NCBI GenBank assembly: GCA_964187785.1 | Contig: OZ076409.1 | Coordinates: 15,564,001 to 15,628,000 of the forward strand | DNA: 64,000 nucleotides | From: Amphiscolops sp. MND2022 | Taxonomy: Eukaryota | Direction of reading: 5' to 3' | Part shown: one piece after another, positions 49,501-61,500 of the stretch | How positions within the stretch are numbered: position 1 is the first letter of the stretch | Layout of the letters: every line of letters starts with the position of its first letter | The notes under the pieces: model-generated | Told to the model about the DNA's origin: nothing | The model's database searches: none | Seen by the model: only the letters and a program-made list of their open reading frames with translations | Program-made: the position numbers and the translations under genes

Positions 49501-52500
49501 GGGTGGAAAATAACATGAGTAACAATCGAGATGCTGCCCAAGTAGTCACCAACGCCCCCCGCTCAGGGCTCAATGCGTTCAAAATGTTTCAAGTTTTTAA
49601 GGTAGTCTCCTTGGTGTAGCATGATGTAGGTAGTGGTTCGAGCATTCTGTTTGTACTGGGGCGGTATTAGGTTCGAATTTCTCTAAAGTCACCGCCGTTG
49701 GGCCTTAAGCAAGTCCTTCATCCCTAGCTTAGTATGGTCATGACAAAAAATAAGCTCTCTGCAGAGTAAAGCAAAGTAAAAAGAGCAACGGTGAGCAGTC
49801 AGACCTTTGTGACCTTGAGCAAGTTACTGTGAAACCACAGCTTCAACCATTTGGTTGCAAATACGGTACCATAGACATTTTGGTACCATACCATATATAG
49901 TATCCATATTACCATACCATATTGATATCCGAAACGGGCGTCGACTTGGAAAAACAGAACTTCTCATTCGATGTCCACCCCCGCTGAAATGGGGAAGTTA
50001 ACTTTCTCCTGGATTTCTTCTGGGACACTAGTTTATGAAGTTTAATAGATCCTTTGTACCCACGGAACTGCTACCGACCTGTATTTGACAGTATTTCACA
50101 TAGCGGCGATAACTTTTTCTGAATGAAAGCGTGATATGACCTAAAGACTTGTTCTCAATAAAACATCAATTCATGTCCAAACCGGTAATCGAAGATATAT
50201 TTGATTTAAGCAACTCATTACAAATTATCAATACAAAATTAATTTGAAATTGTATCCTTTGTTCATTTTTCTTTGTTGGGTTTGTTGAAGTACCTCAGCG
50301 CAAGATATCCGTATCCGTAGAACATGATTGTAGCCCCGGCCATGACCAAGAAACACGGTCCCAAACTTAACACCACTCCTGCCTCTGATAAAATTTCATC
50401 GGCTGGAACTATCTCCGTACATAACTGACTTGACGCTGTGGAATTGAGATTTGAAAGCTGACATTCTCTGAAACAAAATCGGTCTTGAAACCTTTAAAAA
50501 AGTTACAAAACTGGCAAAAACTTGGTTAAAATCATAATTTCAAGCTCTCCGATATTTGTTTCTTGTTCATAGCTAACCGAAATTAAATTTCATTACTTGG
50601 AAAAGTCTAGTTTTGGGTTAACACTTTGGAAAATACAGTCAAGTCCGGTTAAGTTTCGCGACGACCAAACTCATGGCATCCGGTTATTTCTATTTCATAG
50701 TTCTCTTCAGTCGTACTATTTTATTTGTTCCCTAGCGATATGAATTAGGCGTATTCAACTGTAGTTGATAGTATGCTTCAAATTTGGTCCAGATATTAAT
50801 GCCCAAATTGAAAATCATTCACTAATGCGCACATTGGCATGTTTTTGGGATCTTTTCTGATAATTACAATCCCCCACGGTAAGAGCGAAAATTTTACTCC
50901 CCCCCCCCCCAATATGAGCGATGAGTTTCATTTCCACTTGCTGCAATTTCATTGGTTATTACTAATAATTCAATGATAATCTCACTCGACGGCTCAACTG
51001 GGGGATTAAAATGGTGGGAGGAATCAACAGCAGAGATCCTGTTTTTTTTCGAATAAAAAACTAGTTCATTCAAGTTATTCGGTTTCATTGTCAACTTTTG
51101 ATTACTAACTTATAGTAAGGGTGTGATTTGAAGTGGGTGTTGATGAGGGCATACCAGGTGTAATTGAACAGAGACAAGTAGCGGGTCCATCTGAAGGCCG
51201 CGGGTAACTGTCGACTATAGAATCCTCCAAACATTAGCATCATCAGAAGACTTATGGCACACAGAGTCAAGGTGTGCTGGTAGACCATGGTGGTGCAACC
51301 AATTGCCACTCCTGAAATGAATACGTTATCATAATGAGAGCGGCCGATGCAGTTGCAACTGAGCATGAAAAGATCACGGAAACTCATAAACCCAGATTGA
51401 CTTCGAATGAAATGGTTTCGTTTGAAGATTCTAGTATGTTTCATTCAAGATATCGTCATTCAAAAATATTTTAGATAGTGGTTTTTAAATCAACGAGGCT
51501 TTGTGGAATATTGATGCTCAGTCGATTGTTAACTCAAAAGTAGAAAATACTCAAGAAAAGAAGAAAAATTTTCTGGTAACCTAGAGCATTGAACTCAACA
51601 ACAGTGGCCAAAAGAATAAACACTGTTGTTAAGAAGGCCCATATGTCAGTCATTCCCGAAACCCAGTAAATGACAGATATCATCACAACAGGATACACGC
51701 AAATCAGAGGAATCTCCACCACGCATTTGCCCAAGTAGTAGGCCGACAGACTGTACCACCCCGAAGCCCTTTCTCGACGCACGACTTGCTTCTCGGAGGG
51801 AAACGAGAACATCACTTTGTAAGGAGCATGGAATGCCCAATATTGGGTCAGAAAGTAAAGTTGAGCTTTCCGTCTTTCTATGTCTCCAAACATGTCACCT
51901 ACCTTAAACATATGAACTGCGTCAAGTGTGTAAACTTTTCCAGTGTATTGGAATTTAAGACTCCTATGAGCCAGGTTTGAGGTTTTTGCCCTCTTTGCTC
52001 CAAGGTTTGCTTCGCAATGATCGCATGAAGTACGAGGAGGTTTATTGTACAGGTAATCGTATGATGAAATCAAAGGCTTTTCTGTTAGTCCATTCGGAGT
52101 CGAATTTTTGTGTGGCATACAAAAATGTTTGTAAAATTTTGTGAAACGAGATGAAATTTTGTTCATGGTTAGAGCTTCTACTCGGCAAAAACCGTTTCGA
52201 AGTTTTTTGAGAAGCTGATATAAAAGTTTATCTTACGTTGAACCAAACGATGCACATGAACAAGGTCATGGAAGTGACCTCTATTGCCGTGTACTTGTTG
52301 AGAATTTTCTTCCATCGGTGGGCGAAACTCCGTTTACCCAAAGTTAGAAACTGATGGCAGTATGAAGCCTTTGTTCCCTGTCCACTCGACTCGTCTTCCA
52401 ACTTAATGCCAACTTCCTTGCTCAGCATTTTGGTTTCTGCTTCTTTTTCAGTCCATAAGTTGTCTTGGATTGCACCACTGAAAAAGGGTTTTCGACTATT

Positions 52501-55500
52501 TTCGTGCGAGCCTTCACTCTTTTAGTTGTTTGAGTAGAAATTTCCGAACTTAGTGCAGAATTGATTTCCCGCACTGAGACTCAATGGCAATCCATTGATA
52601 GCCAGGCATGGAACAGAATTAACGGCTGGTAATTTGAATTCAATCGACGGCCAGGGGTTGTTTGTTTAGTTTTGTTTCTGAGTTTTGGACGTTTTTTGCA
52701 AGTTTTTAAAATTTTGGTTTCCATCGCTGGCAAGGTGTAAAGGTGTTGATTGCCACCGGCAAACCAGTCCTGTCCAGTGATGGAGCCTCAATACGGGTTA
52801 ACGTGAATATTTGTCCAAAGAAATGCAAGACACTTGAATTTCTTTTAATAGAGCGTTTCTTATTATTGTACAAAACATTCATGTTGGGCGAGATTTCAAA
52901 ACTAAAATTTCTGCAAGTAGTTTCTATATCAAGAAAATGTTATTAAAACCTCATGTTACAAAATTTGTTTTCTTCCGGTTCTGCGGGGGTACATTTAGGT
53001 GTTTCTATCTGGTTAAACACCGCTTTGACTTTGCTGTCCGGTAGTTTGTGCAGAACATCTTCACTGAGCACCTCCAAGAAGAATTCAGCGGCGTTGTAGT
53101 GCGGTGGACATACGTAGCCCTGAGATGCAAGCATCCGGGTACTTTCTTGGGGACTCCCGAAAAACACTTGGGATCCTTCGTATAAGATTAGCACCTGAAA
53201 TAGATGCAACTAGGTTGCTTCGAGAATCCCCAAACACTTTGGAAATAATGGATAGACACGAAGTTTCACACTGAAAAGAATGACCCTAAAGAAATCGAGT
53301 GTTTGGGGGCGAAAGTTTCGTAAGGTATCTCCAATGGTTGCGCACGTTTTAACTTTACAAATGTTTTATCCGGTGCATTCGCTCCAATCTTCCCCATTTC
53401 TGGGCCTGGTTTGGATGGCAGATTGATTATAACCAGACCCAGAAATTGCAATTTTATGATTCAATACAGCTATTATAACATGAAAGCGATATGAACCTTA
53501 TGGAAACATTGGAAAATAAAGCTGGACGGTTGATGAATTGAACAAATGACGATTTTGTTTTCCTTCACGGCAAAATCGCGGAGGAACAAGATGAGTTTTT
53601 TGGCTGCTGAAGCATCCAGTCCAGAAGTGGGTTCGTCCAGCAGAATTATCTCTGGGTTGGACAAGATCTCACACGCCAGGTTCAGTCGTTTCCGTTCTCC
53701 CCCAGAGAGTCCGTATCTCTCCCCATCACCACATTTGATAGCTGAACAACTCTAAAATAGATACTTAAATGCGTCCTATCCTCAGTGACGTCACAAATTT
53801 CATATTTTAATCCTGGTGAACAAAAATTTCAAACTCTTGGGCTTTCTTTTTCAAAATTGCAAAAAATGACTTTCTTATCAAGCTTCTAAAACCTAAAACT
53901 AAAGTTTCCAGGAAAGCTGAAGTTTTCATTAAAAGGATCAATTTCAGTGATAGTTCCATTTTACAATGCTGCTAATTAGTCTAAAAACTTCGCCGAAATT
54001 TACTGACAACTCCATCAATGAATATAATGCGAATTTTTAAAATAGTAGTGCGCCTTTTCACTCACCTCTAGATCTAAAGTTTTGATCACTTTGTTCACAA
54101 TTTCTTGTTTGTCAGTTCTACTCAGAGAGCTATCCAGTCGCAAGTTAGCTGCGTAGTTCAAAGTCTGCTTCAAAGTCAAGTTCTCGAAAAACGCATCTGT
54201 TTGCTGAACCAGACATATTCTCTTCACATTCTGTCTTGTCAACGGCTCTCCGTCAATCTTCACTTTTCCTTTGATAAGCGCTGCCAACATATGAAAAAGA
54301 TTTCAATCTCTCCTTCTCCTGATAGATTTTGAAATAATTTTTTAAAACCATTTCCGCAGGATGCATTTCATGCTATCTCTAGTGGGATGCATTTTGCTTT
54401 AGATTATTTGGTATTAGGTTGGCAAGGCTCCAGTACCGGTACGTACGGTACCGGTACAGTACCGGTACCGAAAAACCCTATACCTCTACCAGTGTAGTTA
54501 CCACGTGTATTAATTATTGCCTCGTCATACATGTAACCATCAATTTATACGTTTACTGACTACCCAATTGGACATAGGCCTAGTAATAATTCATAGAAAC
54601 GTAACAGACTTCTGAATGGAAAAGTTCGAACGCTTGTATTTATTTATAACAACTACGCCATGCTTGATCCAAAAGAAGATAATGATTACTTGAGTCATGT
54701 TTTTGATTCTGACCTTGAATAATACATTCTTGTGAAACAATGACTGTTTTGTGCTATCTTTAAACAAAGGTACCGGCACATGTACCGGTACAGTACGGGT
54801 ACGTACCAGTACCGACTTTGGCCCGTACCGATCAGGGCTGTTCAAAAATGAATTGTCATAACAATAATTGTCATTTTTTCTACTGGTACTAGAAAATGTG
54901 ACCATTGGAAAAAATGCAATAAAAATTGTATCAAGTAAATAAATGTGACATTTTGTTCCTGCGTCACTGTGTACTGTGTTTGTTTTAAATTGCTAAGTAA
55001 ACAATAGCAGTCAGTAGGCCTATCATTTCATTCAAGATTTGTTTGCTCTTCGCTGACTCTCTGCCAGCAATGTCGTCCGCGTCTGTGTTTAGTGGTGTTA
55101 CCAATAAAGAAATAGCGGAATATTATTTCACTTCCACTGAAGCGGAGAATATTTTTGAATGTCGCTGTAAAAAACGGATCAAACAGAATACCAAAGCAGG
55201 GTATGGAAATCTTATGCAACATGTCCGAAATTGGGTTTCCTGTACATCCAATGTTGCGGAACGCCTTTTTAGTCAACTTAGACATGTTTTCACAGACTAC
55301 AGAAAGTCCATTCTACCACACCATCTTGAAAGTCAAATTTTCTTGGCAGTCAGCCGGGACTTTTGGAATGCGCAGATAGTCGCAAAACTCGTGTAGTTTC
55401 TGTCAGATAGTCATAGATACCGTTGTATTTGTTTGTTTTTCTTTTAATTTCAATGTTTTACATATATTGTTTTATAGAAGAAAAAATGTAACAAATGCAA

Positions 55501-58500
55501 TTATAATTGTTGACAATGTTAAAAAATGTAATTAAAAATGTAGGTTCAAAAAATGATTGCATTTTAATTGTGAACAGCCCTGGTACCGATACCTTGACAA
55601 CCCTATTTGGGATGTTTTTTCCGTGGAATTCATTTTTGTCTGCGACCAAATTAAATGGCAATATCTGTTGTTTTAAACATTTTCACTAGATTACGAACGA
55701 AAAACTTCTCAAAGTTATTCATGAAGTGGAAATGAAAAAAAGAATGCTGCAAATTTTCTTAGACCAATGATTTTAATCCCTGTTTATGTTTGTTTTCTGT
55801 ATCAAATTACAGACTGAAGCATTCATGAGTTGATTTTTTTCATTGCTTTTTTCCCAAATTACGAAATTTTTGTTATTTTCAGCCCACATAAATGGGGGAG
55901 GAAAATCATGATCTGTGTTGCGTTTTTTTTTCTTATTTTCCGCTCACATAAATGGAGGAGGAAAATTATGATCTGTGTTGCGTTTTTTTTTTTACAAATT
56001 CTGCCAAATCTCCACTATTATTTACTCCATTCAGTGAAACGATAAACTAGTCACCGTGGGACAGTTGGTAGTGCGTCTGCCTGCCAGACACGAGGTCGTG
56101 GGTTCGAACCCGGGCTGGAGCGTTATATTTTTTATAGCGGAAAATATCCCGATGCTTAGCGGGCGTCTTGTTTTTTATCAAACCTTATAGGAATGCTAAA
56201 ATGGTTCACCTGTTCTGCGTCCAGACAAAATATCGAGTGTGTAAGTTTTTCCAGATCCACTGGGACCCATGATGGCCACAAATTCGCCTCTTTGCACATC
56301 CCCTGACAGATTTTGCACTATTCTATTACGATATGTAACGTTAGACCACTCCATATGGTTTCGTATTTTGTAATATTGCTCTCTTGGTCAAAGAAAATGG
56401 AACAAATTAACCAACTGAAACTCTACCGAGTGGGCGATAAATTTCTTGAACTCTTCTTTTTGTTTGATTATCCGCTGTTTAAAATTATCGAATGTCTTTG
56501 TGTACACCGCAAAAGATTTCATTCTCCACGGGGACGAGATCTGATTTCATTGTCACACTGTTTGCTTGAATTGATAACGAATAGTATAATGATAATCGAT
56601 TAAGTACGAAGTCCTATCTTTTGTTTGGAGAGATCGAATAGTCTTCGCAACCTTGTTTTTCATTCAACTTTGTTTCTAGTTTGTTTGTCATTTTCCAACC
56701 TTGACGTCGGTTTAATCGCTTTTGAGTTCTTGAAGACCTAAAGACCTTCTTTAAAACAAGATGTGATATTCAGTTTACAAATAAAATAAATTATTTTACA
56801 AATAGGTTTTACAAATAAATACAAATAAATGGTGTACAAATAAATTATAATGTTTACTGGTTTTAATATTGTTACATGACGTTGACTTTTTAAACTAATT
56901 TTTACACGTTTTTCCCTGTGCGCAGTCTGAATTTTCTATTTTTGTAAAAACTACCCTGCATGTAGGCCTGCAGCATGTAAAATGTCCCGGTAGCTTGTTC
57001 TCGGGAAATCCTTGGTTTCACTCGTTCCATAAATTGGTTTAGCTTTTCTCCATAAATTGCTCCTCAAACAATGGAATTCTACAGACTGCATAGATTTCGG
57101 CTTGTTTTTGGATTCACTAAATCATTTTTTAAGTATGAGATAGGCGTTGAAAGGAAATAAATAATTGATCAAAGCGTTTTCACGATTTGAATGGTTTAAA
57201 GTTGCGTGACAAACAACAAACAAGACACTCAACGGATGCTTTGCTCCATTCAAAAAGACCGTGTATTGTGCTTCTAGTAGGTTTTACATTGATTCCGGGT
57301 TCGGTTTGCGTGCTTTTCCTGGTCGATCGACAATTGTTTTGGAGAGAAAGTTTTGAGAACTAGTTTCTACTTTCACTTTTTAAAATCAACAGCCGTCAAA
57401 ACCACGACTACATTTTTCTTTCACCTTGCGCAAGACACTTTGAAACGACAGCTTCAAGCCGAGTATTGCTTGACTATGTATTTGGCTGTATATATGGTAC
57501 CATAGCTTGCTATCCGAAAAGGGCGCCGATATAGAAAAGCAGACTTGATTATTCGGTGTCCACTCCGCAAAATTGAGGAAATAAACTTTCTTTTTCTTCT
57601 TGGTCTGAGCCTGAAAATCGATAAAAAATTGTCAAATTGTCACTCGATTGAATTTTTGCACGGAACCATAACAGAAGTTCAGTTATGTTCTTTCTTTTAA
57701 TTTCTTGGTGAGTTTTGGTCATGTATTTTGTGTTATCGCATGACATTGTCATGGTAATCGTGCGCGTACCAATCATGTAACGGTACCAGTATCCGTTATA
57801 ACACTGCACTTGAAGTTTATAACACTGCACTCACGCGTACTTGCAGTAGAAGCAAATATTTGTTATTTTCCGCCCATATTTCATATATGGGAAAGGAAAA
57901 TATTTAAATCAAACGGTTTTTTTTACAAAATTTGCCAAGAATTTATTTATGTTCAACTTTAAGGGTGTTACCCATAGAATTCAACTCACATAAATTTAGC
58001 TTCGTGCGATATGTAATTGTAGAGATTTTTGGAGTTTTTTAAAATGACGAAAATGACCCCTTAATGACGAAATGACCCCTTAATGACAAAATGACCCCTT
58101 AATGACGAAATGACCCCGAAAATGTACCCAGAAAATTCCCAAATTTCTCAATTTTTTAACGTTTTTATGCAATTTTTGTCATTTTTTATTTGAGAGACAC
58201 CGCGAATTAGAATGTTGAAAACGTTCAACAGGGCACGAATTCATTCTCCAATAGTCTTCTATGAAGAGATAAATGCGATTTTGTACCAGAAAATTGACCC
58301 CAAAAATGACAAAAATTCCAAAATTTTCAGATTTTTAACAATTTTAAGCAATTTTTGTCAAATTTTCGACATACTTCGTTAATTGAAATGTTGAGAACGC
58401 CCAACATGGCACGCATTTGCTGTCCGGTAGGCTTTTCAGAAAAGGTAATTGCTTTTTTCCAAATGAAAAAGGTCTCAAATTGATACCGAAAATAAAAAAA

Positions 58501-61500
58501 AAACCAAAACTTTCCATTTTTCAAACTTTTAAATGCATTTTTGTCAAATTTTCGACAGACTTCGTAAATTAGAATGTTGACAAGCGTCAGCAAGGAAAAC
58601 GTATTAGTCCAGTAGGTTTTTCTAAAGAATTTATTGCAGTTTTCTTAATGAAAAATATCTTAAATTGGCCCCGAAAAAAACAAAAACTCCAAAATTTCTC
58701 AATTTTTACTGTTTTCATGCGTTTTTTGTCAATTTACTGATAAACTTCGCAAATTAGAATGTTGCAAACGTTCAACAAGGCACGATGTTGTTGTTCAATA
58801 GTTTTCTAGGAAGAGATAAATGCGGTTTTGTCAGAGAAAATTGTCCCAATAAATGACCAAAATTCCAAAATTTCCCGATTTTTAACGATTTTATTCAATT
58901 TTTGTCGAATTTTAGTAGGACTTCGTTGATTAGAATGTCGCAAACGGTCAAAGCGGCCCGTATTAGCTGTCCAGTAGGCTTTTCCGAAAAGATTATTTCT
59001 TTTTTCTGAATGAAAAAGGTCTCAAATTGAAACCGAAAGTGACAAAAAACCCCAAAACTTTCTATTTTTCGAATTTTTTATGCAATTTTTGTCACATTTT
59101 CGACAGACTTCGTAGATCAGAATGTTGCAAAGCGTAAGCAAGGAACAGTATTGGTCCAAAAAGTTTTTCCGAAGAATTTAATGCAGTTTTCTAGATGAAG
59201 AAAATCTCAAGTTGGCACCAAAAACGACAAAAAACCCAAAATTTTCCTATTTTCAATAGCTATGGAGGACACCTTCCAAAGGAAAATGTTTCAAGCTATA
59301 TCGTGGGTTAGAATGGTGTAAGCAATAAACAACAACTAAATTCGGTGTCCAGTAGGCCTATTTGTGAAAAGACATCTGTAGATTCATGTTAGAAAAGTTC
59401 CTCAAATTGATCCCAAAGTTGTCAGAAAAATGTCCAATTTTTGACACCTTTGATGGAACTTTTTGCAAAAATATACCAACCAGGGACCGTTCAAGTTCCT
59501 TAAACTTGCAAATGACCTAGTTTCGAGCCTAAACCATTTTCTCAGTGCCAAAAATAATCCCAATAAATACTCCTGAGACTCTGAAACCATTTTTTTCCCA
59601 ACAGGATTTTCAGAACGCCATATTTTTGATTTTTTTTTCGGTAAAATCCTATGAAGGCGGAACAAGTTTTAGCTCACAATCTACCTTTTTTATGCCGAAA
59701 TCAGCTATGAAATCAACGGGCTACGATTTGACCAAATGAAACTTTTGGGAAGAGGCACGGAGCCGAAAAAAACTGAAATGATGTATTTTCAACAGTCAAT
59801 AAGAGACTCCATCAGTTCCACATGCTTAAAAGTAACGGAAAGGTCACCCGTAAGACTCGGGAAACTTATTTCTTTCACAGAAAACCTCAAAAACTAAAAA
59901 ATGCAAAAAATATTTTTCGAAAATTGTTTTCGAAAAAAAATGAAAAATTTCACTCTGTAAGTCGCATAGTGTCGAAATTACGAAAACTGGCCAGCTATCG
60001 CAGAAATACTAAAATAAAGGTGTTTCCTTCGCAACTGGGCAAAGATAAATCGAAGCTTTCTTTTCTTCGAACTTCTTAGCGTTTTTATAGTGCATTAGTT
60101 ATCCTTGAGCCTCAATTTTATGTAGTTGTAGAACAGTTCGGGCGGAAAATATCTCGCTGCTCAGCGGGCGTCTTGTTGTTGGATCCTTTTGCTCTAAAGT
60201 TTCTATCACATCGACGTGACTTTGTAACATTTTTGTCTTATATGCTGAAAGTTTCTTGCAAAAAACTTCAATGTGGTGTCGTTTTCAGGAAGCCAAAGAA
60301 GATTTGGATTCCATTGAGCCAGTGTTAGAGAACGCCATCCGGTCTCTTGATCAACTGAACAAAACGGACATTTCCGAAGTACGAGTATACAACAGTCCCC
60401 CTGTACTCGTACTTAAAGTGAGTTTGATTACTATTTAATAAAATCAAAACAAAACTTTTTAATTTTCAAACTTTTCATTTTTATTGTATAGGTAATGAGC
60501 GCTGTCTGCGTATTACTGCAAAAAACCCCGAATTGGCCCACAGCGAAGCTGCTTTTGGGTGACCCAGCTTTTGTTGACCACCTTGTCCAGTTGAAGAGCG
60601 ATAAGTTGCCTGCCAAAGTCTTCAAGAATTTGCAAAAGTTCACCAAAAGCTCAGAATTCACTCCGGAGAAAGTCGGAAGTGTGTCTCTGGCGTGCAAATC
60701 AATTTGCAACTGGGTTCTTGCAATGGAGCGTCATTTCAACGTTCTAAAGGTTAGAAACTTTGAAAAACCTAAAAAGGTTTCATGTCTCAAATGTTGGCTG
60801 CCATATACCGTTTTTGAAATTCATCATCTTTGATGGTCATGTTTTTCCAAGAAAACGTCATTCATTTCAAACTGTGGTTCTTACGGTATTGAATTTTTAG
60901 ATGCACATATGTCAAGCAGTGATTTAATCGCTGCTCAAATTTAACGCTATCGATAGGTACCGCTTTTTGAAATTATAGTTACCACTGTTACATGAAATAA
61001 TCGTATTTTCGCGAAATCGCTCTTTTAGTTCGAAACAAAATAGCGTTGATGAGTTCCTGGAATTAGTATGTGACGAAAACACTCATGCAGTGACTTTTTC
61101 ATGAATTCTAGACACCAAAAGCAAAGAGGGTTGCTCTATTTTTGACCTTTGACAGCTTTCTCTTCTTACAGGTCATGTAAAAATTATCATGACAGAAACT
61201 AAAATAAAAATTAGCTGTTTAAATTAAAATTCCACTACAGCCTTGCTACTGCTTCTGATAATTAGCGGTAGCGACAGCTGAATTACCCTTCGCGGTAAAA
61301 CCACTGATGTCAAGACACTGTATTTGAATGCTTCTCTGGAGTGTATTGATATCTAGCTTTCCCTGATGCCTAAATTCTCATAGATTTCAGTAGTTTAACT
61401 ATTCCGCATTAACTTAACATGCTTCATGCCATTGTTTCAATGTTTCAGATGGTTAAACCCAAGCAAGACCGCGTCGAAGAAGCTAAAGAAGCCCTGGCCT

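Noticed and set aside
49607..49790. Possible tRNA-derived SINE remnant
   Set aside because: Only a weak B-box-like ggttcgaat and a short cttaagcaag motif; single degraded copy with no clear ends.
56076..56122. Functional tRNA genes (also ~47793, ~49340, ~43200)
   Set aside because: A/B-box-like motifs are present, but there is no complete cloverleaf or acceptor stem; they are embedded in repeats.
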